DNA of 64,000 bases, taken from NCBI GenBank assembly GCA_963826525.1, contig CAWGXH010000004.1, positions 1,024,001 through 1,088,000 on the forward strand, given 5' to 3'. Positions 30,658 through 40,139 of the stretch are shown piece after piece. This DNA comes from an uncultured Methanomicrobiaceae archaeon (GTDB lineage: Archaea; Halobacteriota; Methanomicrobia; Methanomicrobiales; Methanoculleaceae). The notes beneath the pieces were generated by a model. The model did not search any database. It was not told the origin of the DNA and saw only the letters and a program-made list of their open reading frames with translations. The stretch's first letter is position 1; every line of letters begins with the position of its first letter. A program made the translations under genes and the position numbers.

Positions 30658-32297
30658 AATACCAGAAGATCGTCGAGCGGCGTCGTTCCGGCGACGGCCC
30701 GGAACTCCTCCACATTTTTGAACGGCCGCTTTGCCGCTATCTGCGCCGCCCGCTTCTTTCCGATGCCCGGAATCCACGTAAGGGCACGTATCGGCAGGGT
30801 GTTGATCGCCACCGGAACGGGAAGGGCGGTCACGGAGCGCATCCCGTAGTCAACCACGGCCGCATCGAGCACGGTCTTTTCCGGGAGCTCCAGGGGGATG
30901 CCCGCGAGGATGGGGTACGACCCCATCTGGCGGCCGAACGACGGGTTCCCCGATGCCTCCACGATCAGTTCGCAAAGGACGGTGCCCACGGGGAAGACCC
31001 GCTGCAGCATCGGCTCGTCGAACTCCTTCCGTGTCCACTCCTTGAATGCCCGGAACTCGCGCTCGTGCTTCCCGAGGGTGTTCTCCTCGTACGCGCTCGT
31101 CCCCTCAAACGGCATCAGCTGCCTGATATTCACCCTGCGCACGAGGAGGCCTGCTTTGAGCACCCGCTCGAGGAACGCCCGGTCGGCCTCGAATGTCCGG
31201 GCAGTCTCTCCGGCAAGGCCGGTAACGAAGTTGAGGCCCGGCAGGAGTTCGGGGATGCCGTCCCGCCGCGTCCCGCCGACTTCGTTGACGATCTCGATCG
31301 CCCGGAAGACATCGTCCGGCATGGCCTTGAGGTTGTTTGCCGCGACCACCGCGGGATCGGCGGTCTCCATCCCGAACGCCGCGACGTCGCCCGGAGTGTG
31401 GCCGCGGACGATCGCCTCGAGCCCGGCCCGCGCCGCATCCTCATGATGGGCGATGGTCCCGGGGTTGATGTTGTCGATGTGCAGCGTCCGGAGTTCCGGA
31501 GCCCTCTCGCGGATGGCGGAGAAGAGTTCCTCCAGGAGTTCCGGGCGGGGTCTCGGAAACTCTTCGCCGCCCGTGCCGTAGGCGAGGAGGTCTGGCTGAC
31601 GGCCGAGACGGAAGTAGCGGGCACCGGCCGCGTAGAGTGCGGCAACTTCCTCCGCGATCGCCTCGATCGACCGGTACCGCGGCAGCCCGTAAAACGGCTC
31701 GGTGCAGAAGGAGCACCCGCCGGCAACGGCGCGGGAACACCCGACGGCCGTCTCGAGCTCGCACATGACGTACGGGAATGCGGGGTGCTCTGCAACGATG
31801 CCGCTCCCCGCGACGGTCCAGGGATCGGTCAGGGCGTAGTCTCCCGCACCCGCGGGCTCCCGGCCGGCGAGGTAGGCGTCGAGCGCGACGGCGGGGTTGC
31901 CGGAGAGCGTAACGGTAAAGCCGGAGATCGCCTGCCGGATCGCCTTTTTGCCGCCCTGCGGTGCGTAGCCGAAGGTGATGGGGCCGCCGATCGCCGTTGC
32001 GGGCTTTCGGAGCAGGGTGCCGAGCTGCTGGATCTCGGTGAGGGTCGCCGGCGTGCCGCCGATGTATGCGCCCGGAACCGTTAGCCCTGCGATCATGACG
32101 ACGAGCGAGGCCGCACCGAGGGAGGTGGTCAGGCCTGAGTCGGCACGGAGCGCATCGATGGTGACGTAGCGCGGCCGGTAGCCGTGTCCGATGAGAACGC
32201 CGGCGACCGTCCGTATGTAGGGGGAGATGTAGGGCGAGACACCGAGGCATGCAGGTTCATCGACGTAGCCGTCGATGATGACGGCGTCAGAGGTCAT
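30654..32297 (-). CDS. radical SAM protein with C-terminal helix-hairpin-helix (COG1031-like), function unknown
   Basis: IDGYVDEPACLGV start; CSRAVAGGCSFC (Cx7Cx2C); FRLGRQPD; C-terminal IPGIGKKRA HhH. Confidence 0.85.
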   Translation of the reverse strand: MTSDAVIIDGYVDEPACLGVSPYISPYIRTVAGVLIGHGYRPRYVTIDALRADSGLTTSLGAASLVVMIAGLTVPGAYIGGTPATLTEIQQLGTLLRKPATAIGGPITFGYAPQGGKKAIRQAISGFTVTLSGNPAVALDAYLAGREPAGAGDYALTDPWTVAGSGIVAEHPAFPYVMCELETAVGCSRAVAGGCSFCTEPFYGLPRYRSIEAIAEEVAALYAAGARYFRLGRQPDLLAYGTGGEEFPRPRPELLEELFSAIRERAPELRTLHIDNINPGTIAHHEDAARAGLEAIVRGHTPGDVAAFGMETADPAVVAANNLKAMPDDVFRAIEIVNEVGGTRRDGIPELLPGLNFVTGLAGETARTFEADRAFLERVLKAGLLVRRVNIRQLMPFEGTSAYEENTLGKHEREFRAFKEWTRKEFDEPMLQRVFPVGTVLCELIVEASGNPSFGRQMGSYPILAGIPLELPEKTVLDAAVVDYGMRSVTALPVPVAINTLPIRALTWIPGIGKKRAAQIAAKRPFKNVEEFRAVAGTTPLDDLLVF

Positions 32298-32907
32298 AGC
32301 CGATCAGGTGCAGGAGTTCGCGTGCCCAGGAGAGCTTGCCCCGCTTGACGGGATCGACCGATCGATCGTCGAGATTGAACCCGATGATCGTGATCGCTGC
32401 TGCACCGAGTTCGTCGGCGGCGTAGACCGCACGGTCACCGTCGGTGAAACCGCCGAAGTTGTGGACGTGTGCAAGCGGTGTTCCCTGCGTGGTGCGGACG
32501 AGCGGCCCGGGGAACCGGGGTGTCCAGTGCCGGAGCAGCGGGATGTTGTCGCCGTGGGCGTGGACGACCATCACCGTCCCGTCCCGGTTCATCTCGATGA
32601 AGCGGTCCGTGGCGCCGTCGAGGTCGGTGAAGACGGCGTCCGGCCGGATACCCCGCTCCGCCAGCACCTCGGCGGCGGCGTCCGCGGCAAAGATGCTCCC
32701 TTCGATCCGGTCGAGTTCGTCGGCAAGGCAGGGAGCGTTCCCGCAGACCGTCACCTTCTTTCCCGCAGCGAGCGACCGGAGGAGCGGCAGGTCGTCCTTG
32801 TCCGAGAGACCGGCAAGGAGTCGTGCGGCCTCCTCGTCCTCTTCCCGTTCAAAGCAGAAATAGTCAAGAATAGCGGTATAGTGCGGTTCCCAGTCTTCAA
32901 ACTTCAT
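32287..32907 (-). CDS. mptE: 6-hydroxymethyl-7,8-dihydropterin pyrophosphokinase
   Basis: WEPHYTAILDYF, AADAA, TDLDG, HAHGDN, NFGGFTDGDRA. Confidence 0.9.
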   Translation of the reverse strand: MKFEDWEPHYTAILDYFCFEREEDEEAARLLAGLSDKDDLPLLRSLAAGKKVTVCGNAPCLADELDRIEGSIFAADAAAEVLAERGIRPDAVFTDLDGATDRFIEMNRDGTVMVVHAHGDNIPLLRHWTPRFPGPLVRTTQGTPLAHVHNFGGFTDGDRAVYAADELGAAAITIIGFNLDDRSVDPVKRGKLSWARELLHLIGYDL

Positions 32908-34387
32908 CCTTGCCCTCGCCGTCCAGGCCGACCAGCGTCGTGAACCGCTTCAGAATCGGGTCGATGATGAGCGAGAGCAGTTCCTCTTTGTCCCGCACCA
33001 TCGTAAAATAACTGAGCGGAATGACGGATGCCGCCATCGTGGCGTGCCCTCCTGCCTCGCCGATCGCCCCGAAGGCCTCGGTCATGACGTTGCCGAGGTG
33101 GAGGCGGATGTCCTTGTTGCGTGCCGAGATGATGATGTTCTGATCCCCTATCCCGTAGACGAGCGCCGTGTTCACCCCTTCGAGCTGGATCAGAAGATCT
33201 GCCGCCTGCGGGAGGGCGTCACGGTTCCGCACGTAGCCGACGTTCGAGAAGAGGTAGCCGCTCTTGATCCTCCGGTTCCGGACAGCGGTTCCGAGGATAT
33301 CGAGTGTCTCCTGCGAGATGGACGGGGAGGTGATCTTGCTGAGGAGTTCCGAGTCGGTCAGGGGCAGGAGAAACGCGGCGTAGTTGAGGTCTTGCGGGGT
33401 GACGTTCCGCTTGAAGTCCCGGGTATCCGCCCTGATTCCGTAGAGCAGAGCAGTCGCGACGGTCTTGTTCACGGGGATGTCAAGTTCCATCAGGTACTGG
33501 GTCATGATGCTTGCCGTAGCCCCGACACCCGGCCTGATATCGATGAAGTCGGCGATGGCATTCGGGGTCTCGCCGTTTTTGTGGTGATCGATGATGACGT
33601 TGACCCGGGTATTCTTCGAGAGCTCGTTGTTGACGCCGGGGGCGGCCGAGTCCACGAGTGCCAGGTAGTTGCACTCTTCGAGGACCTGAGGGGTGAGCCG
33701 CTCGAGTTTGATCTCGAGGAGGTTGATAAAGGCGCGGTTCTCCTGGTGCCCGATATTGCCTTCGTAGAGGATGCGGCAGGTGAGTTTGCCGTGGCTCGCG
33801 TGGCGTGCGACCATCGAGAGCGCCATCGCGCTCGAGATAGCGTCGGGGTCGGGGTTCATGTGGGTGACGATCCCGAGCGTTCCTTCCCAGCCGGCGAGGA
33901 GGTCGTAGAGCCGCATCGCGAGGCGCGACGAGTGAAGTTTCCTGATATGGTGGATGGCGGTCTTTGCCACCACTTCCTGAGGGTAGAGGACGATATCCGC
34001 GCCTTCCTCCTGGAGCATATCGACACTGACCGGGTCGACTGCACGCGCGATCACATAGGTGGCGGGGTAACGGTTCTTGACGCTCCGGAGAGCAGTGAGA
34101 TTTGCGTCTTTATCATTGCTCAGAATAAAAGCGACTTCCGGCACCGGAAGTCCGTCGAGAAGGTGGGGATCACGGATATCCCGAACAAGTGCCTCGTATT
34201 TCTGGTCTCGCAGGTCTTCGACCCTCTTCTCGTCCCGGTCGACGATGATGAGATCTTCGTTCTCCTGAACCAGCTCTTCGGCGACGTTATAGCCCGTGCT
34301 TCCGCACCCGAGTATTATATACTTGATTCGCTCTTTCGATACGTTCTGAACCGCCTCAGGCATGTGTACAATGGTGTAACTTCTCAT
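32897..34387 (-). CDS. TrkA-N (RCK) domain plus DHH/DHHA1 phosphoesterase
   Basis: ILGCGSTG Rossmann motif; HMNPDPDAISS; IIDHH; GGHATMA. Confidence 0.9.
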   Translation of the reverse strand: MRSYTIVHMPEAVQNVSKERIKYIILGCGSTGYNVAEELVQENEDLIIVDRDEKRVEDLRDQKYEALVRDIRDPHLLDGLPVPEVAFILSNDKDANLTALRSVKNRYPATYVIARAVDPVSVDMLQEEGADIVLYPQEVVAKTAIHHIRKLHSSRLAMRLYDLLAGWEGTLGIVTHMNPDPDAISSAMALSMVARHASHGKLTCRILYEGNIGHQENRAFINLLEIKLERLTPQVLEECNYLALVDSAAPGVNNELSKNTRVNVIIDHHKNGETPNAIADFIDIRPGVGATASIMTQYLMELDIPVNKTVATALLYGIRADTRDFKRNVTPQDLNYAAFLLPLTDSELLSKITSPSISQETLDILGTAVRNRRIKSGYLFSNVGYVRNRDALPQAADLLIQLEGVNTALVYGIGDQNIIISARNKDIRLHLGNVMTEAFGAIGEAGGHATMAASVIPLSYFTMVRDKEELLSLIIDPILKRFTTLVGLDGEGKDEV

Positions 34388-34476
34388 CTTATTAATGGAT
34401 TCCCTGATGGGTTCTCCCCGGAATAATCCGGAAGGTTTATTTGCAATCCAGACCTATTTTGTTAGGTCAGATGAAA

Positions 34477-34550
34477 GGGCCTGTAAGCTCAGTCGGCAGA
34501 GCGACGGACTCTTAATCCGTAGGCCAGGGGTTCAAGTCCCTTCAGGCCCG
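34477..34550 (+). tRNA. tRNA-Lys (CTT)
   Basis: GGGCCTG/CAGGCCC acceptor stem; anticodon arm ACGGA-CT-CTT-AA-TCCGT; GGTTCAAGTCC T-arm; one extra A after the acceptor stem is probably an indel. Confidence 0.93.
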
Positions 34551-34861
34551 TTCCCTTTCTCATGCTGCCTCTGTTCTTTGTCACTCCGTTTCTCCGTGGT
34601 CACTATCGTACATCAATCGTTCCGGAACCGCTTCGAATTATCCTCGCTGCGCCTGTCCGGAGAGCGGTCGTGGAACCGACGGGCGTCCCGAAGATGCGTC
34701 ATGGGCGGTTGTTCCGTACTCTGCCCTGTAGTGTAGCCGTCGGGGTCAGGTGTATGCCCCTGGTATTTAAATTATGCCCCGGGGGCGATTTATCGAAGGA
34801 TACGCGGAGATCGCGAGGGCCGGGTTCTGCTGCCGGGCGGCAGGTGGCCGGCGGTTTTTCT

Positions 34862-35801
34862 TTAGAGAAATGAGGTCGCGTAGGTGTAGCCGTCTTTAAG
34901 CGGCTGCTGTTCCCGTCGATGAGTAAGAACATACTGGCCGCAGTTACTGCCGATCCTGTTCTCCTCGGTCTCTCCGATACTGACGATCACCCTCGTAGCC
35001 TGCCGACTGAAGCTCCTGCACGAGCGTGTACTCCGTCGCTCCCGGTCGGACGTACGAGGTAAGGTTGTTCCTGGTCGCCGCATAGGTCGGGTTGACGGGG
35101 GTGATCTTGATCGAGGAAGGTCTCGGGGGAGAAGTGCCGCAGCAGAATCTCCGGGTCTATCGGCGCTCCTTCTGCCAGGGCGAAGTTCAGGACGATCTTC
35201 CGGTCTCCCTTCCCGAAGAACGCCTCCCCGTAGCGTGCCATCCGGGAGAGGCTCCACGTCCTGATCGGCACGAGCGTTCGCCTGACCTGCTCGTCGGTGC
35301 TGTGGAGGGAGAACTGGAACTGGAACCTGCCGCGGTACAGCCGGTCTTTTCATCATCGAGCAGGCGGTCGAAGAACCGGTCGGTTCCGTGCGGAGCGACG
35401 GTCGAGAGCGACGGTGCAAGGCCCGGTGCCCGGTACCGGTTCGGGAGTTCCTCGAGAACGTCGAGGACGGCAGGGTTGAAGGCAGGCTCTCCCATGCGGG
35501 CGAACTGTATCTTGAACTTCTTCGCAGGGACGGCGCCGTCCGGGTACCGCCTCCTGACGAGATGGTCTATCTGGAAGAGTATCTCTTCCGCCGAGAGTCT
35601 GCCGTGATACTCGTTCCCTGCATCGCAGAAAGAACAGCCGACGGGGCATCCGTGCAGCGTCGAGACGATCAACACCCATTTCTCCTCGCGCGAGAGCGGG
35701 GGCTGCACCGATTCGACGCACTCGATCATTCTCTCCGGTGCAGTCTCGATGATGGAGACTGTTGCGATATCGTCGTTTCCCGTTCTGGCAAGCACTCTCA
35801 T
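34862..35801 (-). CDS. RlmN/Cfr-like radical SAM protein, short atypical form (several frameshifts)
   Basis: GCPVGCSFCDAG, ARMGEP, reconstructed FSLHSTDEQVRRTLVPI and KITPVNPT, C-terminal IGSNCGQ. Confidence 0.85.
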
Positions 35802-36706
35802 TCGTCACCCTCTCGCAGTCTTCGATCGAGTTCCATCGCGGCTCTCACTCCCGCTCCGGCAGCAATGGCGGTCTGCCGGAAGATGCCGGCCGCTGCGTCT
35901 CCGACGATCTGCAGCCGGCAACTCGCGGAGAGTTCACTCTGATCATATTTCAGCCGCTCACTCAAAAAGTCGAGGGCCGGCTCCCTGCCGATGGCGGTGA
36001 GCAGGTACCCGACGGTGAGAGTGCGGGCTCGCCTCTCCGGTCCTGCAACGGAGGGCGAGCCCGTGCGTGATCGGACGCGACGGCCTCGATCCGGGTCTCG
36101 CCGAGATAGGTGATGCGGGCGGATCTCTCCGCCCGCTCCCGGAGCAGCGGGAGAGACCGCGCCCGGGCTGCTCCGGTTGATGATCGTAACATCGTTCTCC
36201 CGGGAGAGCCGGAGGGCGTAATCGAAAGCGGCATCCCCGCCGCCGAGGACGGCGATGCTGGCTCCCCCGCACGTCGAGGAGCGGGAGGATGCCGGAGACG
36301 ATGCGGGGGCGTGCCTCCGCCGGGATGCCGGGCAGGTCCCATGACCCGCGGCCGTGTCCCCGTCGCGACGATGACGGCGGATGCCCGGCAGGTCTCCTCG
36401 TCAGTCTCGATAAGGAACGTCCCTGCCGTATAATCGAGCAGAAGCACCTCCTTACGAACGAGCCGGATACCGGAGCCGGTCAAGATGGTGTGCCAGCCGA
36501 TTGGCGAGAGCCTGGCCGGAAATCGCCGTCGGGAAACCCGGGGTAGTTCTCGACGAGGTTCGCTTCGCGGACAAGGCCTCCCGGCATCCCTTTCTCGAAG
36601 ACGAGCGGATCATGGCCGGAGCGCTGCAGACTGGACGGCGGCCGCTATCCCGGCAGGGCCCTGCGCCGATGACGGCGACGGTCTCAGTCTCCTCTGCCGG
36701 CACCAT
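35798..36706 (-). CDS. NAD(P)/FAD-dependent oxidoreductase, TrxB-like (several frameshifts)
   Basis: Reconstructed AVIGAGPAG, VENYPGFP, VIVATG, VLGGGDAAFDYA, IVGD...RQTAIAAGAG; stop overlaps the radical SAM ATG. Confidence 0.8.
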
Positions 36707-37353
36707 CGAGCCACTCCAGTAAGTTCGGCGGTGAGCACCGGGACGGCGCATCCGTGCGAAAGCGTGCAGAGGGATGCCCGGTGGAACTCTCCGGTATACG
36801 TAGCCGTCCCGTCGACCGGGAAGAAGACTGAAAATCCCCGTACGAACGCGGAACGTGCCGTCGTTTCGCAGCAGAGATGGGTCGCGACGCCCGTGACCAC
36901 CACCTGCGTGACCCCTGCACGCCGGAGCATGGCTCTCGAGATCCGTCCGATAGAATGCATCGTACTGGGATTTCGTAACGATCGGGAACGACGGGTCGTA
37001 GAGATCGGGAGTAAGGTCTGCCGCCCCGGTCTCTTCCGTTATCAGGTCCCGCCACCAGATGGCCATACTGCCGGCGTCTCCGGGTGTGTTCCGGTGCCTT
37101 GTGAAGAGTACCGGGGCGCCCGCCCGGACGAACCCGTCGATCAGGGTGCGGATCTTCGGGACGATCGCCCGGCTGCCCGGGATGAACGCGTGCGACCGCT
37201 CGTCGAGGAAGGAGCGCTGCATATCCACGACGAGCAGCGCCGCCTGCTCCGGGACGAACCGGACGGGGTGGCGGCGGCGAAGATCCCGGACGTGCCGGAG
37301 CATCTCGGCGGCAACGGCGTCGATCGTTCGGGTGTAAGGTATTCCTCCTTCAT
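36684..37353 (-). CDS. cysteine hydrolase (isochorismatase family; frameshifts)
   Basis: ALLVVDMQ, TKSQYDAF, GVATHLCCETTARSAF (D-K-C triad). Confidence 0.85.
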
Positions 37354-37365
37354 CAGGGCTACTGC

Positions 37366-38253
37366 CTACTTCCCGATTTTCACCAGCATCTCTTCGAGCG
37401 ACGGGTAGCGCGACTCGATCCGCTCGATCACGGCACCGTCCGCCGAGAGGGTGGTTGTGGTCATGTTCAGCTCCTCGATCGTCCGTGCCGTGGCGAGGTA
37501 GTGACCGTCGGCCTCGGTATACGCGAGTTCCGTCGCAAAGGCGGACGCATCTGGTATGCGGAAGAATATCTGGTAGGTGAGCGAGCCGAACATCTCCCGG
37601 AGTTCGTCCATGCTGCCCTGGGCGACGGTCTTCCCCCGCCTGAGGATCATCACCGAATCGCAGACCTCCTCGACCTGGTAGAGATTGTGGCCCGAGAAGA
37701 TGATCGTCTTGCCCTGCGAGCGGAGACTCTTGATATAGTCGATGACGAACCGCGAGGTCATGGGATCGAGCCCGGAGGTCGGTTCGTCGTAGATCAAAAG
37801 CGACGGATCGTGGATGAGCGACCGGGCTATCGCGACTTTGCGCTTCATCCCCTTCGAGAGCTCCCCGAGTTTCTTCCCCTCCGCCTCCAGGGAGAGCGAG
37901 CCTAAGAGTTCGTCCCTTCGAGCGCGGATGGTCTTCGCATCGAGTCCGTAAATCTCGCCGAAGAACGAGAGGTACGCATCGACGGTCATCGTCTCGTAGA
38001 GGCGCGACTCCTCGGGGAGGTAGCCGAGACGCCGTTTCAGGTCGAGGGGCTGGCTGATAACGTCGATATCGTCGACGGTAAGTGTTCCGGAGGTCGGTGT
38101 GATCAGTCCTGCCAGAATCTTGAGGAGCGTGGTCTTTCCTGCGCCATTGTGACCGATGACGCCGAAGATATTCGACTCCTCGAGGTCGAAGCCGACGCCG
38201 TCGAGGGCGGGGAAGTCGTTGTAATACTTGACAAGTGTCCGGGCTCTGATCAT
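37366..38253 (-). CDS. ABC transporter ATP-binding protein
   Basis: GHNGAGKTT, LSKGMKRK, LIYDEPTSGLD. Confidence 0.95.
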   Translation of the reverse strand: MIRARTLVKYYNDFPALDGVGFDLEESNIFGVIGHNGAGKTTLLKILAGLITPTSGTLTVDDIDVISQPLDLKRRLGYLPEESRLYETMTVDAYLSFFGEIYGLDAKTIRARRDELLGSLSLEAEGKKLGELSKGMKRKVAIARSLIHDPSLLIYDEPTSGLDPMTSRFVIDYIKSLRSQGKTIIFSGHNLYQVEEVCDSVMILRRGKTVAQGSMDELREMFGSLTYQIFFRIPDASAFATELAYTEADGHYLATARTIEELNMTTTTLSADGAVIERIESRYPSLEEMLVKIGK

Positions 38254-38333
38254 CGTAACACCCCTTTTTACCAAATGCCTAATATACGTTATTGTACACA
38301 GACATCATTCCTCCGGGGCGGTGCGGGATATTT

Positions 38334-40139
38334 ATGGGTTTGGTTACCTCTGTCTGGACGATCACGCGATGGGAGATGAGGAAGTCGATGGCTTCCATGG
38401 GCAGGAACGTCCTGCCCCTGGCGCTCGGTCTCCTGATTCTGCTCGTTCTGGTGACCGGATTTGCCGCACAGAGTGGGATTCATCTCCAGGACGGCATGTA
38501 CCTGCTCGGTGTCGACGACCCCACCATCGCCCGCATCTTCGCCGGCGACGAGCGTTTTTCTGTCTACGAGAGTGATCCTCTGGCCCTCTGGCAGAACCGG
38601 TTCTCCTACGACGTTCTGGTGGTGGGCGGCGAGGTCTACGCCGCCGATACCGGCAAAGGCCGTTCCGCACTCAAGGCGCTCGAACGGGACTACGGCACTT
38701 ACGTCTCTCGCGTGGCAGGGGCAGAGCCCGACCTCTTCGCCGCCTACCCGCTCTGGATAGAACTCGAGTACGTCAGGAGCGAGATGGACTTCGTCGCGAC
38801 GGAGAGCGGGCAGCAGGTGGGAGCGCCGACTGATATCTCCTCGCCGCCCAAACCGAGCGGCCCCGTCGCTGCGATGACGCCTCCCCCTGCCGGAATCGGG
38901 GTCTCCGCCGACGACCTGCGGGCGCATCTCGTGACGGACGCTTCCGAGAGCCCCATCTCCCGCTATACCGACGTCCTCTCGACGGATACCGGTATGGAGT
39001 CGTTCAAGACCCCCTCGCAGCTCTCGCCGCCGCTCCCCTTCGACTCGATCATCCTCATCTTCGTCTTCATCTTCCCGCTCTACTTCACCTCCCAGTTCTT
39101 CATGATGAGCATCATGAACGAGCGGATCGGCCGCGTGGGAGAAGCGCTTCTCTCCGCGCCCGTCAGGCCCGCCGCGATCCTGCTCGGAAAAGGCCTGCCC
39201 TACTTCGCGATCATGCTGCTGATAGCGGGCATCATCACCCTGGTGAACGGTGCGTCGCTTCTGATCCTGCTCCCGCTCGTTCCGGTGATCCTCTTCTTCA
39301 TGGCGAACGCCCTCATCATCGGCATGACGGCAAGGAGCTTTAAGGAACTCTCCTTCCTCTCCATCTTCTTCTCGACCCTGGTCACCTCATACCTCTTCTT
39401 CCCGACGGTCTTTGCCAATGTCCACGTCGTGAGCATCATCTCCCCGCTCACCCTGGTCGTCCTCGAGCTCCAGGGGGACGGGTTTACGCTCATGGAGTAC
39501 GTCTACTCGACGTCGCTCTTCTTTGCGACGAGTGCCGTCCTCTTCTATGCGGGGGTGGCGAACTTCACCGAAGAGCGGCTCTTTTCGGAAAAACCGCTCC
39601 TGCCACGGCTGATGGAGTTTATCGGGAGCGGGATCTCGCACCACCGCCCCCTGCTCTCGCTCTTCGGCCTTGCGGCCTTCTCGGTCCCGTTCGTCTTCAT
39701 GGTGCAGATGATGTGCCTCGTGCTCTTCTTCAACGTCCCGATGCCGCTCTCGCTCGTCCTCCTCATTGGAGCGTCGGCGCTCATCGAGGAGTTCGCGAAG
39801 TCCGTCGGACTCTTTGCGCTTCTCCGGAGCAGGCCGAGTTTCCTCACCGTCCGGAACATGCTCGCGGGCTCGTTCCTCATCGCGCTCGGGTTCCTCATCG
39901 GTGAGAAGGTGCTGCTGCTCGCGACGCTCTCCCAGATCGCAGAATCAGTCTTCGGCGAGGTCCTCTTCCTCTCGCTCCAGGTGCTCTGGATGCCGCTCAT
40001 GCTCCACTTCGTCGGCGTGCTGATCGTCGCGATCTTCTTAAAGGTCGGTGGAAGCCGGGGCTGGGCTCCCGGCCTCCTGACCGCGACGGTCGTCCACGCT
40101 CTCTACAATCTCTACTTCATCTCGGGAGGTCTCCTATGA
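38334..40139 (+). CDS. ABC-2 type permease fused to a PrsW-like intramembrane protease domain
   Basis: Permease motif NERIGRVGEALLSAP; C-terminal IEEFAK, GFLIGEK, LHF, VHALYN. Confidence 0.8.
   Translation: MGLVTSVWTITRWEMRKSMASMGRNVLPLALGLLILLVLVTGFAAQSGIHLQDGMYLLGVDDPTIARIFAGDERFSVYESDPLALWQNRFSYDVLVVGGEVYAADTGKGRSALKALERDYGTYVSRVAGAEPDLFAAYPLWIELEYVRSEMDFVATESGQQVGAPTDISSPPKPSGPVAAMTPPPAGIGVSADDLRAHLVTDASESPISRYTDVLSTDTGMESFKTPSQLSPPLPFDSIILIFVFIFPLYFTSQFFMMSIMNERIGRVGEALLSAPVRPAAILLGKGLPYFAIMLLIAGIITLVNGASLLILLPLVPVILFFMANALIIGMTARSFKELSFLSIFFSTLVTSYLFFPTVFANVHVVSIISPLTLVVLELQGDGFTLMEYVYSTSLFFATSAVLFYAGVANFTEERLFSEKPLLPRLMEFIGSGISHHRPLLSLFGLAAFSVPFVFMVQMMCLVLFFNVPMPLSLVLLIGASALIEEFAKSVGLFALLRSRPSFLTVRNMLAGSFLIALGFLIGEKVLLLATLSQIAESVFGEVLFLSLQVLWMPLMLHFVGVLIVAIFLKVGGSRGWAPGLLTATVVHALYNLYFISGGLL

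Noticed and set aside
34551-34861. Integrated element att site or small ORFs after tRNA-Lys
   Set aside because: No duplicated tRNA 3' end or integrase was seen, and the short ORFs lack coding features.
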